A stretch of 64,000 nt of DNA from Setoptus koraiensis (taxonomy: Eukaryota > Animalia > Arthropoda), in assembly GCA_048013815.1 (NCBI GenBank), contig CM106586.1:8556001-8620000 (forward strand), read 5' to 3'. A program made the position numbers and the translations under genes. Below are positions 25,231-35,689 of the stretch, one piece after another; position 1 is the stretch's first letter; every line of letters begins with the position of its first letter. The notes below the pieces were generated by a model. The model was not told the origin of the DNA and did not search any database. It worked only from the letters and a program-made list of their open reading frames with translations.

Positions 25231-26961
25231 CTCTGGTTAGTGAGTCGGGACATAAGTTAGATTCGGGAATGATAATATCATCATGTGCACTGTTTGTGGC
25301 AATTACAGACAATAGTAATGATAACACTACTTTTGATGATAATGAAAATGTCTCGTCATGACTAACATTTGTAAGACGACGGGATTAATATAATCTATGT
25401 ACTCTCTTTATTGGCGTGGACTACATGAGTATTAGTGGAAAATACCTTGTCCGCGCCTGATTTTAACCAGCCTAGCCGGCTACATGTCTGTCTTTGTGTT
25501 TGTTAATTCGACTGCCACTCCCGCTTTGTCTTCCCCTCTCGAAGAACTGCTTTTTTGCGGCAGAGCATTCGTCGTCGTTGTTATTGTTGTCTGTGTGTGT
25601 GTGTGTGAGTGTGTGTGCGTGCGTGTGTGTGTTGCTTGAGTGATTTAATTCCTCTTCGGCTTTCGCTGAGAATTTCGATTTCGAACGCAAACACACACGG
25701 ACAGCACACAAAGCCTTGAAATCACACTCACACTTAGACGCACACACGGACACTCACACAAGAGAGGCTCACACAGACACGCTCGCACACATGCAAACAG
25801 ACAGAGACAGACATGCCAACATTAACGAACAAATCACGCTGCGCGTCGAACACACACACTCACACACATTATTCGCTGCAGTCATTGTAGTCGTCGAATA
25901 TTTTCAGACTATTCCCTCGCCAGCGTTATGGGCTGTATATCATCATAATGGAAACAGAATTATATATATATATGCTATGACACACAACCACTATTTGTAA
26001 CAATCATTATTATTATTATCACCAGTAACAATATCAGACCAATATTTTATTAGTTCTATACTATTCTTGTTATTATTAGCGTCAACGATTGAACGATTTG
26101 AACGATTGAATTTGAACTAACCAAAAATATTCACTCCATAGAGATATCAATAAGACCAAAGCAAAAAAAAAATCAGAGAACCGAGAGACACACAGGAGAT
26201 ATTTTCATTGTCTACTCGATATATATATTTATATACTGTAATTAATTATCTATACCCATTTTACAAACAAGTATTTATTTATCCACACACACGCCGTCGT
26301 CTTCGTATTTCGCTGTATATCTATATATGCATGTATATAGATATACGCTTATACGGGCCACTATATGATGAATATATCATCGTACATGTAATCACAGGAT
26401 TTTTATTTATACATATAACAAATAGCGAAATGTATTCTTGAGGCACCCAATCAACTACATCATTCTAGTTGCATAGCGGCAGCGATTATATATCTAGCAT
26501 TTGTTGCACATAATGGTTAAGAAACAAATGTAATGGTTCACGATAATAACTCGATATTATATTAATACTAGTAGTTATTTATATATGTTGTATATATTTA
26601 TATTTCATCATTGAGCAACTATGCAAATCAATGATAACTAACTCATAACAGTTAGTAGGTGATCACAAAAGCACTCAACCCGCTAGGAACTGAAGCACTC
26701 AAGGGCGATCTGAATATCCTGTGTGTATAACCACCAGGATATTATATTATCACCCCTCATTTCATTAAACCTAGAACACAATAATCAGTATTCGATAGTA
26801 TTTATACACCAACCAATTCAATTATACATATACTTAAAACAAGTTATGTACGCATCTAAATAGCACTCAAAGGTTACATAGGCAGATTGGAAATTGATGC
26901 CTAGACACACTCAGTAAACGTAATTACTAGAATATAAAAAATTCTAATATTCAGGGGCAAC

Positions 26962-27588
26962 ATGATTGGCAACAGCACCAGCAATGATTGCAATCCAGTG
27001 ATTGGTCGCAAATTGGTTAGTAACAATCATACTACCAATCAGGATATGAATAATATGGTTAAAGAAAAATATGATTTACAACAGTTGGTATTAGCCAACT
27101 CAAATTTGATTGAATTCCAGCACGAGGAACAATTGAAGGAAAAGCAACATCTTCAAGCTCTCGCAAAAGACTATGAGGAACAGAAGACATTAATCGAAAA
27201 ACTCAAGGCCAAGCTAGCAGCTTGCCAATGCAGTAATAATATTTCACTCAACGGTACTAATAACATCATTACAAATCAAGACCAACAATCATACCAACAA
27301 TATAATCAGAATCAACAATCATACATTCAACCAATACAACAATCAACTTTACATCCAATTTATCAGATCCAACAACAGACGCCAGTTCCACAATACATTA
27401 ATCAACAACAAGTATTAGGTGGCAACTCTGAGAACGGTATCTGTGAAGAGTTTGTCACTACAAATTTCTATCAACCTGTGGATCCTGTATACATCGATCC
27501 TTCATCACAATTGCATGATTACAACACTGATCATGATACAATCGGCGAATATCTTGGACTGAACATTTATGGATGTGAGGTGGATTAG
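26962..27588 (+). CDS. Uncharacterised 208-aa protein, copy B
   Basis: Translation identical to 20696-21322. Confidence 0.6.
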   Translation: MIGNSTSNDCNPVIGRKLVSNNHTTNQDMNNMVKEKYDLQQLVLANSNLIEFQHEEQLKEKQHLQALAKDYEEQKTLIEKLKAKLAACQCSNNISLNGTNNIITNQDQQSYQQYNQNQQSYIQPIQQSTLHPIYQIQQQTPVPQYINQQQVLGGNSENGICEEFVTTNFYQPVDPVYIDPSSQLHDYNTDHDTIGEYLGLNIYGCEVD

Positions 27589-27765
27589 AAACGAAATGTT
27601 CGATACCAATCAAAAAATGTTTGGTAGTCTACTCAGCGGAGCATATTCAACAAAATATACGCATATACCAAAGCACTCAAACAAGATTCAAACAATCTTG
27701 TTGTACATTTCAAACCTTTAATTCGATCGAAATAAAGTACTACATTAGAACGATAATGTAGCCTA

Positions 27766-28194
27766 TCAACTCAACGAGCTATCCTTTTGAGCATCGGTAA
27801 ACAAACTCGTCTTTGCTATTTCTCTCAGTGAATTCTGAATGTGCTCTAGTAGATCCTCGCATCTTTTGACTGACTCTTGAAGTTTCTTCGCTGCCTCCTC
27901 GTTGTCAGCCTCAAACCTTCTGAGGCTTGCAGCTTGAAGCTCGGGAGTAGATTCTTCGCTGGGTAAAGAATCAATGAGGGTATCTATATCTTTGGCTGTT
28001 CTTGCTATGAGAGAGGCAAAAAGCTGCGGATAGTCTTCGGCCGGCGGTGGTTGCTGTTGTTGTGATTCTTGCGATCTCTCAACCTCAGTAAATAGGGATG
28101 TTGGGGCGAATTGTTGTAATACGCCTATTGCGTTACAGAAATGTTCAGCTTGCATGTTGACAGCATCCTGGAGCTGGGTTAACCTGTCTGTCAT
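27766..28194 (-). CDS. MED21: Mediator subunit 21, copy B
   Basis: Translation identical to copy A. Confidence 0.9.
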   Translation of the reverse strand: MTDRLTQLQDAVNMQAEHFCNAIGVLQQFAPTSLFTEVERSQESQQQQPPPAEDYPQLFASLIARTAKDIDTLIDSLPSEESTPELQAASLRRFEADNEEAAKKLQESVKRCEDLLEHIQNSLREIAKTSLFTDAQKDSSLS

Positions 28195-28616
28195 TTTGAA
28201 GATTACAGAATCTCCCAAACGTAATAGTGAGATTGTCTTATTTATTGCAACTCAGAAATCTGATATCTTGAACAAATAATCATGCTGTGATATTAAGATG
28301 TGGTGGTAGGTAGTAGTAATAGATATTAATAGTATAATCCAATGTGGTGACGAAATTTCGACAGAAATCGTGAAATATCCCAACATTTATGAAATTGGAT
28401 CAATATTCTAGCTGACTAATAATACTTGGTTGATTACTTTCGATTTTCTCATACTGCAGGAATTGCTACAGTATGTACAAACATTTTGTTTCATACTGTA
28501 GGTAATCCTGAAACATTTCAAACCAGCGCGCTAAAGTAGAAAGCGCATGCGCTAATGGGGCTTCCACAGCGAATGAAGAGTGATAAAGCATTCGATATTG
28601 GATACAATGGAGAGGG

Positions 28617-28619
<3 letters not shown>

Positions 28620-28689
<70 letters not shown>

Positions 28690-28690
28690 A
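28620..28690. repeat. (GA)n microsatellite
   Basis: ~70 bp of GA; the mirror position in the left arm (~19644-19665) has only a short interrupted tract. Confidence 0.95.
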
Positions 28691-29284
28691 AGAGAAAAAT
28701 TTATTTTCTTGTCAAACTGCTTCATAGAGAATAATAGCAGATCGCTGGTTTGCTGCACTGGTCATCGTCATCCACTTGTTCTTTGAACATATATCGCTGC
28801 TAGGTTATCAACCTTGTCATTCTTTTTGATACATAAGCAAACTATTACATAATCAGCAGCACTTGCTTAAATTATATATTCCTATTATTACACTACAGAG
28901 ACTTATCTTAATGATCATCACAATCATTTATTTTTGATTTGCCCGTCTGACACGACTGCAGCCATATTTGTCAATAATTATACCACTGTTGTCAGTGTTC
29001 TATAAATTAATACATTTAGGATCTTTTTACTCGTCAACTGAAACTATTTGAGAGACAGCAACCTAAACAAAACCCCAACCTGACAGGCAATATCATTCAT
29101 TGTCGACTGTTATTCATGAATGAAGCTGGCATAATGAGCATCCCCGAAAGTAGTAGACGACGTACATCATCAGTCATTACTATGGTATAGACAAATTCGG
29201 AAGGACAACTGTGTGCACTTTTATGAATCTTGCCCAAGCGAACATAAGACATAAGCATCAATAGTACCAATAATTATATTAGAC

Positions 29285-32200
29285 ATGTCAGACACTAAGA
29301 TACTTTCGAACAATATTAAACTCGAAGAGGACATCACTAGATTGACAAACTTTCAGTCTACCTCGCCCCAGATGGACGCTGGTCAGCGTGACAACGGATT
29401 TAGCAACTCTTTACTGGCAAAAGATTCAGTTGAAAACAATAAATTTCCATCTAGCAACAATCAGTCAGATCTTTCCAAAGTAGCCAACCTCCAAGATGTC
29501 AAGCCAATCAAATTAGAGCACCAGCAAGAGCAATCTAGCCAACAAACTACAACTACTGCAACACTGGAAACAATTACGTTAAAAAATGGAATATCTCTTC
29601 GGATACGAAAGACACCTCAAATCATCAGCGACAACATCTCGTCTACCCATTGTGAACAAAAACCGATCAAGACTTTACCAGATGACTCTAATAGCAATAA
29701 TGGAATAGATGCTAATCAAAATGAAAATTCGACGTCTACCATGGATGAAACAAGTCAAGATAATGGTATACTCTGCAATAAATCAGACTATACCGATCCG
29801 GTCCCACCGAAACCACATGGCCCAGAGGACAAATGCGATGCTAATCATGAATTTGCAATTATATGCTCTTTCATTTGTCAATTCGGCGAAAAACTTGGTC
29901 TGGAGTTAGACATTGAAAGACTTAAATTTACGCTTGAAGATAATTCGACCTTGCACGATGATTTAATAGAGGTACATGTCAAATTATTGCGAAAAAGAAG
30001 AAAATATTTTCTCAAAGATCAATGGGAGAAGGCTTTAGTAAAGTTTGCGCTTGAATACTCCTATGAAGATGCATTGGAAATTGAAAGCGTTGGCTACAAA
30101 GATACCAGGCCCTCGGTGAAAATGCAACTATTGCGAAGGCTCATGGAGGCACAATTCGATTGCGACTCAAAATTCAAATTAGATGTCAACAATCTAAACG
30201 CAGACGACTTACGTCCAATGCCCATGGGCAGAGATAATAAGGGTCACATCTATTGGAACAGATCTGATAGTAAAGGCAATTTCGTAGTCTTTAGAGAATG
30301 GTCGATGGATTACAAATCATGGACGGCTGTGTGTAATGACAAAGAACGTCTTGATGAACTGATTGACCAACTCGAAAAGAGTGCCGGTGAAAGTCTGGCA
30401 GGAGAACCAATGTCCGAACCCATCAATCAATTACCAGAGATTTTTCCCGAATTATTTATACGCGAAGAAACATTACCTGAGGAATCACCACCGAAGAAAG
30501 GAAAAGCCAAAGGCAGAGGTCGTGGGAATAAGAAGGGCCGATCACTTCTTGTAGATTCTCAGCAAGATCCGTCCAGTTTAAACACAGAAAGTAATCTCAC
30601 TAACAGTATTATCAAATCAGATACCTTGACCGAAAATCACCCCCATGAACTCAATAGGGTATATCAAATAAAAGGGTTCATTGACAAAGATACTGCCACA
30701 CATGGACATGTTCCATCTCAAACCAATCAAGCTGACATAGAATCTCAGGTTGCAATATTGCTCAATAGTTTAATCAACAATTTATCTGAATTACCCCTAG
30801 ATAAAACTTCAAGTGTAAATAATGATTCTACTCAAAATGATACGCAAACTAAAGTTGCCACTGGTCGTACGAGAAAATACACAAAGAAAGTAAAAACTGA
30901 AGAACTACCTCGCCGAACTAGCTCTCGGATACAACAACTTCAGTTGAAGAAGATTGCTGAAGAAGAGGAGGAACTTCGGAAGAGAATAGCCGATAGAGAT
31001 GCCATTGACGCTAATAAGAGAACAGATGAAAATACTTGTGTAGAGCAAGAATCGATTGATGGAGAAAATAGTCAAAGTACCAATAGCAATAGAACGGTGA
31101 AGGATAAACATAGGGTAGACCCGTCAGACAAAGCAAACCGAGATAAAAAACGCAAGAAAAAAAACCATCGCAGGAGAGGGAGAGGAAAGAAGAAGATCTC
31201 TTGGGACAAAGATGATTCTGATCTATCAGAGTCCTCTTCATCATCTTCAGCTATGGACGACATAGATGAGCAAGAAGAAGAACCTCTCAAGTTTGATGAT
31301 ATCGATGATGAATTTGCATGTGAGGAAGAAGATACAAACGCTGAGCCTGTGATACTAAAGAGAGCGCGTACTGCTGGAAAAGCTCATGATGAAGACGAAA
31401 GTATCGTCAAGGTAGAAGAAGATAAGCCTTGTGGTAGGTGCAGCAAGTCTAATGAACCGGAATGGATATTATTGTGTGATCGTTGTGATGATGGATACCA
31501 CACAACATGTTGTATCCCTCCTCTTATGTTTATACCAGATGGAGACTGGTTCTGTCCACCTTGCGAACATAAAATGCTGTTGGAAAAACTTTACGAGCTG
31601 CGAACGATCGTAATTGGTGTTCTTGAGGCTCGTGAAAGAGAAAAGAAGAAAATGCGATTACGTGCCCCACCTCAACCTAAGGCTGTCCCGGTGATAGAGC
31701 CTACCGAGCTAGGTACGCGCAGAGCAAGAAATATACTTGATGAATTAGCGGAACCACTTGCATTACAACTACTAGACGAAGAAGAGGAATACGACGTTGC
31801 TCCAAGAAGAAGTAAAAAACAGTACAACTCAAAGAAGAGAGAAAAACCGACAAAGAAAACAGACGACCAGTTCGAAGTGCGGAAACCTAGTCGCACTTAT
31901 TCTAGGAGACCATTCGAATCTAAAAGAGTTATGCAACGAGACAATCTTAGCGAAACTGAAAGTTCCTCAAATGCAGAAAGTAACCTTTCAGATGGTTCCG
32001 ACAAGGAGCTACCAATGGCCCGGAGGGCCAAACGCCAAGTGAGTTATAGGTTTAAAGAGTACGATGATCTCATCAACTCGGCAATAAAAGGTGATTCTTT
32101 TGTTGACGAATATGGCGGCGAGAACGAAGAAGATTTAGACGAGGAAATTGACGAAGAAGAAGAAGATGAGCTGACTGAAGGCTTCAAAAGTCGAGGCAAA

Positions 32201-33109
32201 GATATGGCTACCATTGAGGCTTTAGCCAATCGAGCTGATGATCCATTTCCACCACTGCAAATAATCCATCACGATGACGACGACAAATCAAAATCAGATA
32301 TCGGCTGTAAGATAGAACCTTCCAAAGATGAACTTGCTGCTGTGCCGCCAAGCGATCCTATGTCCACTACGCCCTCAGGTGGAAAGAAAAAGGGAACAAG
32401 AAAAAAGAAAGCTCGCCGTCTAAATGATCTGGATTCTCCGAGCGGAACTGAATTAGAAACCTCCGATGAATCTTTCATCGCATCAGCTGCTAGTGAGATT
32501 GAAGAAGAGGAAGAAGAAGATTCCAATGGCGATGGAAGTTATACAACCAGTATAGATGAAATTGTTTGCGTATCAAGAAAGAAAGCGCGATCATCTGGTG
32601 CAAAAGGTAGGAGCTCGGGTAGAAAATCGAAACAGAATCGCCATTCTGACTATGTGTACCAAGACAGTGACAGCGATTATGAGCCGTGTAAAAAGAGACG
32701 GGCTTCCTCTAAACGTGTTAGTTACAAAGAGAGCACAGATGATGAATTTAGCGACGACTATTCAAAATCGAGCACAAAGAAAAAGAAGCGAGTTGTTGAT
32801 TCTTCTGCCTCTGATGAAAGTAACCAAGCATGGAAGAGCGGCGATAAGAAAAAGAAATTCATCGTGGATGACGATGAAGAATACGATGACGAGGACGATG
32901 ATGGAGACGATGAAGAGGATGAAGAGCCAGAATATGACGATCGAGAAGAGGAAGATCTCGAAGAAGAAGAGGATCATGAGATGGACTATGACGAAGATAA
33001 AGTACTCAACAATTGTATAACTAGCAACTCTCCCTCAAATCAACAAGAGAATCAAGTGAACCCAGACACCAGGCAACCTGAAATCTTAGAGAATAAAGAA
33101 AAAATTTAA
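29285..33109 (+). CDS. RSF1: Remodeling and spacing factor 1, 1274 aa, single exon
   Basis: DDT-like EFAIICSFICQFG, WEKALVKF, WHIM-like LLRRLMEAQFD and LRPMPMGRDNKGHIYW, PHD finger CGRC...ILLCDRCDDGYHTTC...PDGDWFCPPCEH, RRAKRQVSYRF, acidic tail. Confidence 0.92.
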   Translation: MSDTKILSNNIKLEEDITRLTNFQSTSPQMDAGQRDNGFSNSLLAKDSVENNKFPSSNNQSDLSKVANLQDVKPIKLEHQQEQSSQQTTTTATLETITLKNGISLRIRKTPQIISDNISSTHCEQKPIKTLPDDSNSNNGIDANQNENSTSTMDETSQDNGILCNKSDYTDPVPPKPHGPEDKCDANHEFAIICSFICQFGEKLGLELDIERLKFTLEDNSTLHDDLIEVHVKLLRKRRKYFLKDQWEKALVKFALEYSYEDALEIESVGYKDTRPSVKMQLLRRLMEAQFDCDSKFKLDVNNLNADDLRPMPMGRDNKGHIYWNRSDSKGNFVVFREWSMDYKSWTAVCNDKERLDELIDQLEKSAGESLAGEPMSEPINQLPEIFPELFIREETLPEESPPKKGKAKGRGRGNKKGRSLLVDSQQDPSSLNTESNLTNSIIKSDTLTENHPHELNRVYQIKGFIDKDTATHGHVPSQTNQADIESQVAILLNSLINNLSELPLDKTSSVNNDSTQNDTQTKVATGRTRKYTKKVKTEELPRRTSSRIQQLQLKKIAEEEEELRKRIADRDAIDANKRTDENTCVEQESIDGENSQSTNSNRTVKDKHRVDPSDKANRDKKRKKKNHRRRGRGKKKISWDKDDSDLSESSSSSSAMDDIDEQEEEPLKFDDIDDEFACEEEDTNAEPVILKRARTAGKAHDEDESIVKVEEDKPCGRCSKSNEPEWILLCDRCDDGYHTTCCIPPLMFIPDGDWFCPPCEHKMLLEKLYELRTIVIGVLEAREREKKKMRLRAPPQPKAVPVIEPTELGTRRARNILDELAEPLALQLLDEEEEYDVAPRRSKKQYNSKKREKPTKKTDDQFEVRKPSRTYSRRPFESKRVMQRDNLSETESSSNAESNLSDGSDKELPMARRAKRQVSYRFKEYDDLINSAIKGDSFVDEYGGENEEDLDEEIDEEEEDELTEGFKSRGKDMATIEALANRADDPFPPLQIIHHDDDDKSKSDIGCKIEPSKDELAAVPPSDPMSTTPSGGKKKGTRKKKARRLNDLDSPSGTELETSDESFIASAASEIEEEEEEDSNGDGSYTTSIDEIVCVSRKKARSSGAKGRSSGRKSKQNRHSDYVYQDSDSDYEPCKKRRASSKRVSYKESTDDEFSDDYSKSSTKKKKRVVDSSASDESNQAWKSGDKKKKFIVDDDEEYDDEDDDGDDEEDEEPEYDDREEEDLEEEEDHEMDYDEDKVLNNCITSNSPSNQQENQVNPDTRQPEILENKEKI

Positions 33110-34216
33110 CAGTTGTTCTGTTAGCTTTATGCTGTATTTCATTTTTAAGAAATAATCTATGAATTGATTGGTTAACTTTCTCTCAAAGCGTACAAGTTTA
33201 TTCTGAACAGGCTGACCATTTAGCACTTTAGAACCAGCTCATGTTCATCTCATTAATCTTGTTTATAGTAGGAATAGCGAGTGCTTGCATAACTTTTTTT
33301 TCATCTCACTTGACTCAAGTTGACCAAACTAGTCAAGATTTAATTTAAGTTTGCTGTCGGCAGTTTATTGGTCATCAAGTGGTAGGTGAACGGATCTTAG
33401 CTGTCGCGAACGAGTGTGCAACTTCTTTTTGGAGAGTGAAAGTGGCTAGCGCAAGCAAGGGCAAATGAGCGGGAAAGTGGATTATAATACAATTTAGGAT
33501 GTTTGTAATAATTGTCAAATGACCTTATAAAGATAGTTGGAAAAAGATGGATAATAAGATGGAAACGCGCTTTAGTGATAGTTGTGTGTTTGATCAACAT
33601 AACTTAACTTGGTCACACTAACAGCAGCAACCAACAACCGACGACAATACCGACAACAATCAATAATGTGCAATTCCTTGATCCGGTCAATGGACTTGAT
33701 TTCAATTTTCTCGTTAATATTGTGTGATTTGGTCAAGATAACTAATTCCGATTGCTTGTACACTACAAGGGCTAATAAAGTTTAACTTGTTGCATCATTG
33801 CCGCTTGTTATTATATCTCTGGTATGAATCTCTGAATGTGTGTTGAATGTATTAAATGATTATGAGCTACAATGTTAAAAGCACCCAGTGCAAATTGATC
33901 TCGTTCGCTGACATTTACATTTGTTGTTGCTGCTGGTGCTGTTGTTGATCTATCTAATAGTGTGTAGCTAAATAGGTTGGTGAAACCATCCTCTTTTACT
34001 TAGCGCTCATCATCGGAAGCTGAACCGTTTTAATAATTTAAGTATATCTGTGTGAGTGTGTATGTCTGACTAACTGACCAAGGCAAGGTAACAAATTTGC
34101 TAATTAGATACAAACAAGTTCATTTAACTTTGACCTGCCCATCTCACATCTTTGATATATTTTGTTACGATAGTTTCGCTCTATCGGGGCCTTATAGATC
34201 ATAGTTCGCCCTTGAC

Positions 34217-34224
34217 TATAAAAG
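34217..34224 (+). promoter_or_regulatory. TATA box (TATAAAAG) with downstream Inr-like TCAGTT at 34238-43
   Basis: Consensus match ~165 bp upstream of the ATG at 34384. Confidence 0.55.
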
Positions 34225-34383
34225 TGAAATCCTCTCGTCAGTTTGTCATCATTTTCATCTCGCAAATCAAGTGTTTAACTTCAAGAATAGTTTCCAAATC
34301 AAGACTAATAGTCATAATTAAAAACACACTCATCATCAGCAATCAAGCAAACAAGACACCCCGTCAATCAATAACAAAACAAA

Positions 34384-34811
34384 ATGAATTTCTTCAGAGT
34401 ATTTTCAATCTTCGTCATATGCGCTATTGTCATGGCTGCATTCATCCCAAATGGAGCTGAGGCCGGAAAGAAGAAGTTGCTTAAGAAAGCCGCCGCTGCC
34501 GCCCTTCTCCTGAAAGGTGGAAAGAAGGTTCTATTACCTCTACCAATTCCCATCCCAATTCCGTAAGTAGATAATCGTAAGATGAGATCATCCAAGGACA
34601 CTAGTTATTCCAACTTGATGGACAAAATAACTAAATTCTTCTTATCTTCTGTCTATGCACCCAATATCATCTTCGATTGCCGCAACCAATTAAAATCAAT
34701 TCACATAATGTCATCAGAATTCTCAAGCAGACACAACCAGTCTACTACCAGCAACCATCGTACCCATCATACCCATCATACCCATCATACTCATCATACT
34801 CATCATACTAA
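34384..34811 (+). CDS. Small secreted Lys-rich/PIPIP/PSY-repeat peptide, 90 aa, 2 exons
   Basis: Exons 34384-34562 (donor CC|GTAAGT) and 34718-34811 (acceptor catcag), frame matches. MNFFRVFSIFVICAIVMAAFIPNGAEA-GKKKLLKKAAAAALLLKGGKKVLLPLPIPIPIPILKQTQPVYYQQPSYPSYPSYPSYSSYSSY. Confidence 0.8.
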
Positions 34812-35689
34812 TCAACAGGATCTGTTGATTTAGTGTATTGAGTAACATGAGAATGATGCTCTTGTTATTATTTATTATCATTTGAACGTCGTTATCATTA
34901 TAATCTATTATTACTACTACTACTACTACTATTATTGTTGTTTTTTATTATTACTTTGAACAACTTGATTATGTTACAATCAAGATTAACTAAGCAATTT
35001 ATTGAATCCGATAGCATGAGCAATTTACATACGTCTTACTGAAAACATGTACATAACCCCCGCACCTAATTACATTGCACAAATAGCCCGATTTTTACTT
35101 CCAATAAAAATCAAACCCCAAAATGATCCTATCCTCGAAACCATCAGAACAGCCAACAACAACCACCTGTACATCTTCCTCTTCTTCAAAATCTCAGATT
35201 AATCAGATGTAGAACACATACTCTATGTAATTAGTCAATCTATAAATTGCTCTTCAGTTCCCCAGAAAAAAAAATCGACAATCCCCATGTTTTTGTTCAA
35301 ACTTGACGAACTTCAAATAAAAATGCTAATCTAAAAAATATAAAGATACAACTGTCTCCGTTTTCTCTGCCTCCTTGCTGAACAGTTGGAACTCTACATT
35401 TAGGGCAAAAAGCTCGACATTATTCCGCTGTAACAAGCTGTGAGATATCCGATGTAGACTGGGTGGATCCAGAGTAAGTGGAGAGCCAATAAAAGTAGGA
35501 TCATCAGACAGTTATAGACAGGGTTAGTTTCAAAGAGCCATCAACTTACTTGATCCCAACTCAGCAATTGGCTATCACTAATTCAGCCCTTTAATCATAC
35601 AGTAGTATCGAACAAAAACTAGATTATTAAGAAAAATCTTTATATGCTATTGATGAAAGCGCACAAACAACAATGTCATTTATATAATT

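Larger units (their letters stand above)
24391..28736 (-). repeat. Right arm of large inverted duplication
   Basis: Reverse complement of 19601-23890. Near-identical up to 28544; the diverged rim 28545-28736 includes an expanded (GA)n. Confidence 0.95.

Noticed and set aside
19601-28736. Palindrome as a foldback or TIR transposon
   Set aside because: The arms consist of host genes, no transposase is visible and no target-site duplication is evident; the gap content is unknown.
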